A stretch of DNA of 64,000 bases, from the NCBI GenBank assembly GCA_965248695.1, contig CBDFKD010000002.1, forward strand, positions 5,248,001-5,312,000, in the 5' to 3' direction. Position numbers and translations under genes: made by a program. A model generated the notes under the pieces. That model saw nothing but the letters and a program-made list of their open reading frames with translations, ran no database searches and was not told the DNA's origin. Source of the DNA: Acidobacteriota bacterium (GTDB lineage: Bacteria; Acidobacteriota; UBA890; WLXD01). Of the stretch, positions 57,645-64,000 are shown piece after piece. Position 1 is the first letter of the stretch; each line of letters starts with the position of its first letter.

Positions 57645-58295
57645 ATGGAGGGAGCCGGCCTCATCGTCACGCAAATCGTCGCCCTGCTGTTCGCGATCTC
57701 GTTTCACGAGGCGGCACACGCGTGGTCGGCCGACCGGCTCGGCGATCCGACAGCGCGGCTGTTGGGTCGGGTGACTATGAACCCGATCGCCCATATCGAT
57801 CCGTTCATGACGATCCTGTTTCCCGCCATGATGATGTTCGCTGGCCTGCCGCCGTTCGGCGCCGCCAAGCCGGTACCGGTCAATACCGCCAACCTGGCGC
57901 ATCCGAAGCGTGACCACGCCTGGATCGCCGCGGCGGGGCCGCTCAGCAACGTGCTCCTGGCGGCAATTTGCGTTGTCCTGATCCGCCTGATGCGCGCCAA
58001 TCAAGAGGCCCTGGTCGCCGCCGTTACGGCCAGCGTCTTTCTGCCGGTGCTCCAGCTGCTGGTGGCGTCGCTGCTGATCAACCTGTTGCTGGCGGCGTTC
58101 AACATGTTGCCGATCCCGCCCCTCGACGGTTCCTGGATCCTGTCGGCCACTCTGTCAGGACCTGTGGAGCGGTTCTACCGCTCGATCCAGCCATATGGCT
58201 TCTTCATCCTGATCGCCTTGATATGGCTGGGTGCGCTGCGGGTGTTCATCCTGCCCGTGATCCGATTCGGACAGGTCCTTGCAGGTCTCGGCTAA
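57645..58295 (+). CDS. Site-2 protease (M50 family)
   Basis: HEAAH, GDPT, AGPLSN, FNMLPIPPLDG. Confidence 0.93.
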   Translation: MEGAGLIVTQIVALLFAISFHEAAHAWSADRLGDPTARLLGRVTMNPIAHIDPFMTILFPAMMMFAGLPPFGAAKPVPVNTANLAHPKRDHAWIAAAGPLSNVLLAAICVVLIRLMRANQEALVAAVTASVFLPVLQLLVASLLINLLLAAFNMLPIPPLDGSWILSATLSGPVERFYRSIQPYGFFILIALIWLGALRVFILPVIRFGQVLAGLG

Positions 58296-58312
58296 ACACG
58301 GGCGGTCGGAAG

Positions 58313-59080
58313 GTGCCTGACGCGCATACGAACCCGTTTCACGTTCACACGACTTCGTTCGACGGACCGCTCGATCTGTTGCTCCACCTGGTTCGGCGTC
58401 ACGAGGTGCCGATCGAGCAGGTTCCGTTGGCGGAGATCACCAGTGCCTATGTCGAGACACTCGACTTCATGGGCGAGATCGAGTTGGAGCCAGCGGCCGA
58501 GTTCCTCGAGGTCGCCGCCACCCTAGTGCGCTTCAAAGCGCGAGCGCTCCTGCCGCGCCCGGCGTTGCCCGAGGATCCGGAACTGGCCGCCCAGGAAGAG
58601 ACGGCGCTACTACAGCAGCTCGTAGAGCATCAGGTCGTCCGACTGGCGGCGCAACGATTGCGCCATCGCGAGAACCAGGCGGCCGGGGTCTGGTTCCGAG
58701 GCGAAGCCAGTCCGGCAGGTATCGAGGCGACCGAAAACGAGATCGTCGAGGCCGACCTGTTTACCCTGGTAACGGCCTTCCGCAATGTCCTCGCCGGGCT
58801 CGCGGAACCGACGCCGTTCGAGGTTCCGCGCGAGGAATTCTCGGTAGCCGACTGCTCCGCCGAGATCCGTTCTAAGCTCGCCGGCGGCCACCCCATCCCC
58901 TTCGGAGATCTTTTCGAGTCGGGCGCGCCGCGCGGCAAGCTGATCGCCACATTCCTGGCACTGCTGGACCTGATTCGCGGCGCCGAGGTGCGCGCCTACC
59001 AGGACGGACCGCTAGGAGCCATCCTGGTGTTTCCCGGCGACGCTGTCGATAGCGCCAGTTCCAGCGAGCCCTCAGCATGA
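58313..59080 (+). CDS. scpA: Segregation and condensation protein A
   Basis: FDGPLDLLLHL, AEFLEVAATL..KARALLP, TFLALLDL. Confidence 0.93.
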   Translation: MPDAHTNPFHVHTTSFDGPLDLLLHLVRRHEVPIEQVPLAEITSAYVETLDFMGEIELEPAAEFLEVAATLVRFKARALLPRPALPEDPELAAQEETALLQQLVEHQVVRLAAQRLRHRENQAAGVWFRGEASPAGIEATENEIVEADLFTLVTAFRNVLAGLAEPTPFEVPREEFSVADCSAEIRSKLAGGHPIPFGDLFESGAPRGKLIATFLALLDLIRGAEVRAYQDGPLGAILVFPGDAVDSASSSEPSA

Positions 59081-59649
59081 CCGATTCGTCCGTCTCCAAA
59101 GCGCTCATCGCCGGCGTCGAGGCCGTTCTGTATGGTGCGGATGAGCCCGTCTCCGAGGATAGGCTCCTCGAGGTGATGCGCACGTCGAGTACCGGCACCG
59201 GCGCCGACGAGATCGCGGTGGAGACGCTGCGCTCAGCGTGTCTCGAGCTCGAAGAGAGCTACCGAGTCCGCGGATCGGCGCTGCAGGTGGTGGAGATCGC
59301 CGGCGGTTATCGTCTCGGTACTCGAGCCCGATTCGATCCGCTCATTCGTGGACTCCGGCAGGTAGAACGGCCTACGCAGCTCTCCATACCGGTACTCGAG
59401 ACCTTGGCGGTAGTCGCCTACCGGCAGCCAACGACGATGGCCGAGATCCACTCAATCCGCGGCAAAGACCCGGGCGCCTCGCTGCGGCGTTTGCGAGACC
59501 TGGGCCTCGTGAGGATCACCGGCAGGCGCCGGGCGGTCGGACGTCCGTTCACCTATGGCACGACCACCCGCTTCCTGGAGCTCTTCGGGCTCCGCGACCT
59601 CAAGGAGCTTCCCTCGGAGGAGGAGTTCCAAGAGCTGCTCGAAGCCTGA
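59077..59649 (+). CDS. scpB: Segregation and condensation protein B
   Basis: VEAVLY, IAGGYR, LETLAVVAYRQP, GRPFTYGTT..FLELFGL. Confidence 0.94.
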   Translation: MTDSSVSKALIAGVEAVLYGADEPVSEDRLLEVMRTSSTGTGADEIAVETLRSACLELEESYRVRGSALQVVEIAGGYRLGTRARFDPLIRGLRQVERPTQLSIPVLETLAVVAYRQPTTMAEIHSIRGKDPGASLRRLRDLGLVRITGRRRAVGRPFTYGTTTRFLELFGLRDLKELPSEEEFQELLEA

Positions 59650-59661
59650 CCCGCCCCCTCG

Positions 59662-60432
59662 ATGACCGCGGCACGGTTGCAGAAGCTGATCGCTGATGCG
59701 GGGGTAACGTCACGCCGCAAGGCGGAGGCACTGGTCGTTGGCGGCCATGTGACGGTCAACGGTGCCGTGGTCTCCGATCTCGGTGCCAAGGCCGATCTCG
59801 AAGTCGACGAGGTACGCGTCGACGGCCGCTCCCTGTCACGGGCGCAACGGATCTACCTGGCGCTCCACAAGCCGGCCGGGGTGGTCAGCTCGGTCGACGA
59901 TCCGCACGCGGAACGTGTGGTCATCGATCTGCTGGGTGAGGAGATCACCGAGCGCGTCTTTCCGGCGGGCCGGCTCGATCGCGACAGCGAGGGCCTCATG
60001 TTGCTCACCAACGATGGCGAGCTCATGCAGGCGATAACCCGTCCGGGTGGTCCGGTGGACAAGGTGTATCGGGTGCACGTTCGGGGCGCTCCTGCCGCCG
60101 CCGATGTCGATCGACTGCGCACCGGTGCCGAACTCAACGGTCGGCGTCTGCTACCGTGCACGATCGAGCCGCTTGCCTCCTGCTCGCCGGATCATTCCGC
60201 GTTCCGGGTCGTGCTGCACGAGGGGAAGAAGAACCAGATCCGACGGATGTTCGGTGATCTCGGTCACCGGGTCGAGAAGCTGGTCCGCACTCGGATCGGA
60301 CCGATCACACTCGGCGACCTGCGCGCCGGTGCGTACCGGCCGCTCAGCAAACGCGAAGAAACGGTGTTGAAGCGACTGGCCCTACTGGCCCGTATTAGAC
60401 CAGCAGAATACTCGGAACGCGAACAACGGTGA
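59662..60432 (+). CDS. rluB: rRNA pseudouridine synthase (RluB/RsuA family)
   Basis: S4 domain RLQKLIA..SRRKAE, GRLDRDSEG, EGKKNQIRRM; located after scpB. Confidence 0.85.
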   Translation: MTAARLQKLIADAGVTSRRKAEALVVGGHVTVNGAVVSDLGAKADLEVDEVRVDGRSLSRAQRIYLALHKPAGVVSSVDDPHAERVVIDLLGEEITERVFPAGRLDRDSEGLMLLTNDGELMQAITRPGGPVDKVYRVHVRGAPAAADVDRLRTGAELNGRRLLPCTIEPLASCSPDHSAFRVVLHEGKKNQIRRMFGDLGHRVEKLVRTRIGPITLGDLRAGAYRPLSKREETVLKRLALLARIRPAEYSEREQR

Positions 60433-61082
60433 AAGAACCTCCCATGCGCATAGCGATCGACGGGCCCAGTGGTGCCGGCAAATCAACGCTGGCGCGAGCG
60501 CTGGCACGAGCGCTGGGGCTTCGGTATCTCGACACCGGGGCCATGTACCGCGCTGTCGCCTGGAAGATGATGAAGGACGGTGTGGACGATCCCACCGAGG
60601 TCGTATCGCTCCTCGAGCGTGTGAGCTTGGAGGTGATTGCCGATCCTGATAACTTCCGCGTCCTGATCGACGGAGCCGACGTGACCGACGAGCTCCGAGC
60701 GCCGTCTGTGGGCCGCCGTGCGTCGGAGGTGGCTCAGATCCCGGGCGTGCGCAGCTGGTTGTTGCGACGCCAGCGCGCCGAAGCGGAGCTCGGTGCCGTG
60801 GTCGAGGGACGCGACATCGGCAGCGAGGTGCTCCCGAACGCTGATGCCAAGCTCTTCATCACCGCACCGGAAGCAGAGCGCTTGCATCGGCGCGCCGGTC
60901 AGCTCACCGGCGCCAGTGCTGCCGAGGTCACCGAGGACGTGCGCGAGCGCGATCGCCGCGATCTGGAGCGGCCGGATTCGCCGTTGCGAGTTCCGCAGGG
61001 TGCTACCGTCATCGATACCGGGGGCGAGGACGTGGAAACCAGCCTGAGGCGGGTCCTCGGAGCGGTCCGCGCGGCGCGTTGA
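60429..61082 (+). CDS. cmk: Cytidylate kinase
   Basis: IAIDGPSGAGKST, DTGAMYR, EGRDIG, RDRRD. Confidence 0.95.
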   Translation: MKEPPMRIAIDGPSGAGKSTLARALARALGLRYLDTGAMYRAVAWKMMKDGVDDPTEVVSLLERVSLEVIADPDNFRVLIDGADVTDELRAPSVGRRASEVAQIPGVRSWLLRRQRAEAELGAVVEGRDIGSEVLPNADAKLFITAPEAERLHRRAGQLTGASAAEVTEDVRERDRRDLERPDSPLRVPQGATVIDTGGEDVETSLRRVLGAVRAAR

Positions 61083-61107
61083 CAGCCACCTGAGCCCCCC
61101 CTAGGAT
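61079..61107 (+). promoter_or_regulatory. Sigma70 promoter of rpsA
   Basis: TTGACA (61079-61084), 17-nt spacer, TAGGAT (61102-61107); overlaps the cmk stop codon. Confidence 0.75.
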
Positions 61108-61177
61108 TAGGGGCTGCCCCTTGCGGCACACGTGTGTCCAAAGGGCAAATTCCGCGTTCAGGAGGATACCCAACCCC

Positions 61178-63013
61178 ATGTCGGTCCAGACCGAAGAAGA
61201 ACCAAACCCGCGCCCCTCGGACGACCTGCTCGCCCAGCTCGACGCAATGGAAGGCGGTCAGATCGATCCCGAGGTCATGATGCAGCTCTACGAGCAGAGC
61301 CTGCAGGATCTTGCGGAAGGCGAAGTCGTCAACGGCTACGTGCTGGAAGTGCGTGAGAACGACGTCCTCATAGATATCGGCTACAAGTCGGAAGGCCTCG
61401 TAGACATCAACGAGTTCCGCGACCCGCTCGGCGAGCTCATGGTTGCCGCAGGCGACCAGGTGGAAGTGCTGCTCGTACGGCGTGAAGACCAGAACGGCAA
61501 CGTCATCGTCTCCAAGGACAAAGCGGAGAAGATGAAGGTCTGGGGCAGGATCGAGGAGGCCTACCGCGACGAGGAGACGATCACAGGCATCGTCACCGAC
61601 CGTGTGAAGGGCGGCCTGTCCGTCGACATCGGCGTGCGTGCGTTCTTGCCCGGCTCCCAGGTCGACCTTCGGCCTGTTCGCAACCTCGAGGCGATGCGCG
61701 GCGAGCAGATCGAATGCCGGGTGATCAAGGTCAACAAGCGTCGCGCTAACGTCGTCGTGTCACGCAAGGCGGTGCTTGAAGAGGCCCGAGCCGAAGAGAA
61801 GAAGGGCACGCTCGGCAAGCTCGTGGCGGGAAATGTCCTTCCAGGCGTGGTCAAGAACATCACCGACTACGGCTGCTTTACGGATCTGGGCGGAATCGAC
61901 GGCCTCCTGCACATAACCGACATGTCGTGGGGTCGCATCTCGCACCCGAGCGAGATGTTCTCCATCAGCGATGAGATCAACGTCGTTATCTTGAATTTCG
62001 ACGCCGAACGCGAGCGCGTGTCGCTGGGCTACAAGCAGCTCACCCAGGATCCGTGGATCGGAGTGACCGAGAAATACCCGGTCGGATCGCGACTCCAGGG
62101 CAAGGTCGTCAGCCTCACCGACTACGGTGCCTTCGTCGAGCTGGAAGAGGGCGTCGAGGGCCTGGTGCACATTTCCGAGATGACCTGGAAGAAGCGCATC
62201 AAGCACCCGTCGAAGCTGGTGCAGATCGCCGACCCTGTCGACATCGTCATCCTCGACGTCGACGAGGACAATCGCCGTATCTCCCTGGGCATGAAGCAGA
62301 CTGAGCCCAACCCGTGGCGCGTCATCGCGGACAAGTATCACGAGGGACAGGTCATCACGGGCCGAGTCCGTAACCTGACGGACTTCGGCGCGTTCGTAGA
62401 GATCGAGGACGGCATCGACGGACTGATCCACATCTCCGACATGTCGTGGACGAAGCGCGTCGAGCATCCGTCCGAGGTGCTTCAGAAGGGCCAGGAAGTC
62501 GAGGTGGCCGTCCTGAACGTCGATGTCGAGCGTCAGCGACTCTCGCTCGGTCTGAAGCAGCTACGGCCGAACGTCTGGGATCAGTTCGTCGAACAGCACC
62601 GCGTAGGCGATCAGATCAGCGGTCAGGTGACGAAGCTCACCAACTTCGGCGCCTTCGTCGAGTTGCAGGAAGGTCTCGAAGGACTCCTGCACGTCTCCGA
62701 GATCGCCGACCGCCACGTCAAGGACCCGGCCGACGAGCTGAAGGTCGGCGACACGGTCGACGTGCGCATTCTGAAGATCGAGACCGACGCTCGCAAGATC
62801 GCGCTATCGCTGCGTGAGGGCGGCGAGCAGGTCGAGGAGCGCGAGTACGAGCCTGCGGTTGCAGCCGAGCCAGCCAGTCGTTACGCGAAGGACGGCACGA
62901 TGACCCTCGGCGACATGGTGGGCAACATCTTCGGTTCCAAATCCGCCAGCGACGCTGAAGACGACGACGCGATGCCGGCAGATCTCGACGAAAACGGCGA
63001 AGAAGAAGAGTAG
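61178..63013 (+). CDS. rpsA: 30S ribosomal protein S1
   Basis: Six S1 repeats (DIGYKSEG, AFLPGSQ, DGLLHITDMSW, EGLVHISE, DGLIHISD, EGLLHVSE); AGGAGG RBS. Confidence 0.97.
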   Translation: MSVQTEEEPNPRPSDDLLAQLDAMEGGQIDPEVMMQLYEQSLQDLAEGEVVNGYVLEVRENDVLIDIGYKSEGLVDINEFRDPLGELMVAAGDQVEVLLVRREDQNGNVIVSKDKAEKMKVWGRIEEAYRDEETITGIVTDRVKGGLSVDIGVRAFLPGSQVDLRPVRNLEAMRGEQIECRVIKVNKRRANVVVSRKAVLEEARAEEKKGTLGKLVAGNVLPGVVKNITDYGCFTDLGGIDGLLHITDMSWGRISHPSEMFSISDEINVVILNFDAERERVSLGYKQLTQDPWIGVTEKYPVGSRLQGKVVSLTDYGAFVELEEGVEGLVHISEMTWKKRIKHPSKLVQIADPVDIVILDVDEDNRRISLGMKQTEPNPWRVIADKYHEGQVITGRVRNLTDFGAFVEIEDGIDGLIHISDMSWTKRVEHPSEVLQKGQEVEVAVLNVDVERQRLSLGLKQLRPNVWDQFVEQHRVGDQISGQVTKLTNFGAFVELQEGLEGLLHVSEIADRHVKDPADELKVGDTVDVRILKIETDARKIALSLREGGEQVEEREYEPAVAAEPASRYAKDGTMTLGDMVGNIFGSKSASDAEDDDAMPADLDENGEEEE

Positions 63014-63052
63014 CGGCACCGGCCAATGGTCGGAACAACCAGCCGGGTGACG

Positions 63053-63328
63053 ATGACGAAGGCAGACCTGGTCGAAGAGGTAGCAGCGGTTTCCGATCTC
63101 AGCAAGAAGAGTTCGGAGGTCGTCGTGAGCACGTTCTTCAACAGCATCGTCGAGTCTCTGACCGGCGGCGACAAGGTCGAGCTGCGCGGTTTCGGCACGT
63201 TCAAGCTACGCCGCCGTCGAGCCCGGATCGGCCGCAATCCGAAGACTGGAGAACGCGTCGACGTACCCTCCAAGGTCGTTCCGTTCTTCAAGCCTGGCAA
63301 GGAGCTGCGCGAGCTCGTCAACCGCTAG
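63053..63328 (+). CDS. ihfB: Integration host factor beta / HU-family protein
   Basis: MTKADL, KVELRGFGTF, GRNPKTGE, FKPGKELRE; follows rpsA. Confidence 0.85.
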   Translation: MTKADLVEEVAAVSDLSKKSSEVVVSTFFNSIVESLTGGDKVELRGFGTFKLRRRRARIGRNPKTGERVDVPSKVVPFFKPGKELRELVNR

Positions 63329-63393
63329 ACTGCTGGCGCGAAACGGCAAGCGCGGCGGATTCCGACGGCTCAGTCAGGCACGCGGGGATCAAG

Positions 63394-64000
63394 GTGAACC
63401 CACTTCTCAGCGCGATCGAACAGCAGGTCCGCGATCACGCGAGCGAGCTGGCGAGCGTTCACGTCGCCGCTCGCGCCGCCGATATCGACGACTCAGGGCG
63501 GTGTCCGGACGAGCTCATCGAACGACTCTGCGCCCTGGTTGACGGTCATGCCGACGGTGCTGAGCCCTCGCCCATGCACCTGGCGCTGCGTCTCGAGCAG
63601 GTGGCTCGTCACAGCGCCGCCGCTGCCGCCATTGCGGCAGCACACGGTGTGGGATCCTGGGCCGTCCATCAGGGGAGTGGAAGAGACAGGACGCGTATCG
63701 CGGGCCCTGGCTATGCCACCGTCTGTGGCGGCACGACGCTCGTCGCAGATGCCACGGCCGACGGGACCAGGCTGCAGGGTTCGGTCGCGCTGGTACCGGG
63801 CGCCGCCTACGCGACCGATTTCGTGGTGGCTTGCGAGTCGGGCACCGCCGCGGGGCTGTTCACGGTGTCCGCCGGGAGCGCCAACGTCGGAGCCGCGGAA
63901 GCTCTCCTGGGTTTGAGCGGGAGCGGTGCGGCGGCGGTTTCTCTCGACCGGGTCGGCGTGGCGCAGGAGGCTTGCGTCGGAAATGCCGAACTAGCCGCCA
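63394..64000 (+). CDS. Acyl-CoA dehydrogenase-like protein, runs off the window edge
   Basis: Hand-translated open frame: VRDHASELA..VAARAADIDDSGRCPDELIERL...LEQVARHSA...RLQGSVALVPGAAYA...LLGLSGSG. Confidence 0.65.
   Translation, partial: MNPLLSAIEQQVRDHASELASVHVAARAADIDDSGRCPDELIERLCALVDGHADGAEPSPMHLALRLEQVARHSAAAAAIAAAHGVGSWAVHQGSGRDRTRIAGPGYATVCGGTTLVADATADGTRLQGSVALVPGAAYATDFVVACESGTAAGLFTVSAGSANVGAAEALLGLSGSGAAAVSLDRVGVAQEACVGNAELAA

Noticed and set aside
1-64000. CRISPR array, rRNA, integrase/transposase or defence system
   Set aside because: No regularly spaced repeats, rRNA-like segments or such ORF motifs were seen by eye; a short or diverged one could be missed.

Overview
High-GC bacterial chromosome segment. 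The gene content suggests Acidobacteriota (Vicinamibacteria/Thermoanaerobaculia-like); this is an inference only. It has four parts. (1) 1-29.5 kb is accessory periplasmic and catabolic DNA: tandem NTF2-like and serine-hydrolase paralogs, an SpdH-like flavoprotein with a cytochrome c, thrBC, a BHMT-like methyltransferase, a DUF1592-DUF1552-ankyrin-cytochrome c operon, a sulfatase-like protein and a PQQ quinohemoprotein. It also holds a secreted heme c-fused PHM/DBH-type copper monooxygenase retaining all six Cu ligands, convergent on a PAL-like NHL lyase (a candidate bacterial PAM-like amidation system), and a 190-bp CTAG-bounded MITE. (2) 29.9-43.4 kb is a Wzy-type polysaccharide cluster interleaved with an ACP, an AT-less non-elongating hybrid-type KS, an Sfp PPTase and an alpha/beta-hydrolase pair. 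It shows frameshifts, deletion-fusions and a reversed ~2.8-kb block. (3) 43.5-46.1 kb is an integrase-less two-gene islet bounded by a 47-bp duplication of the tRNA-Thr(CGT) 3' half. (4) 46.3-64 kb is core genome: an unusually short smc, recG, rsmD, coaD, an aminotransferase, uvrBC, a site-2 protease, scpAB, rluB, cmk, rpsA and ihfB. All calls come from reading motifs by eye; no searches were run.
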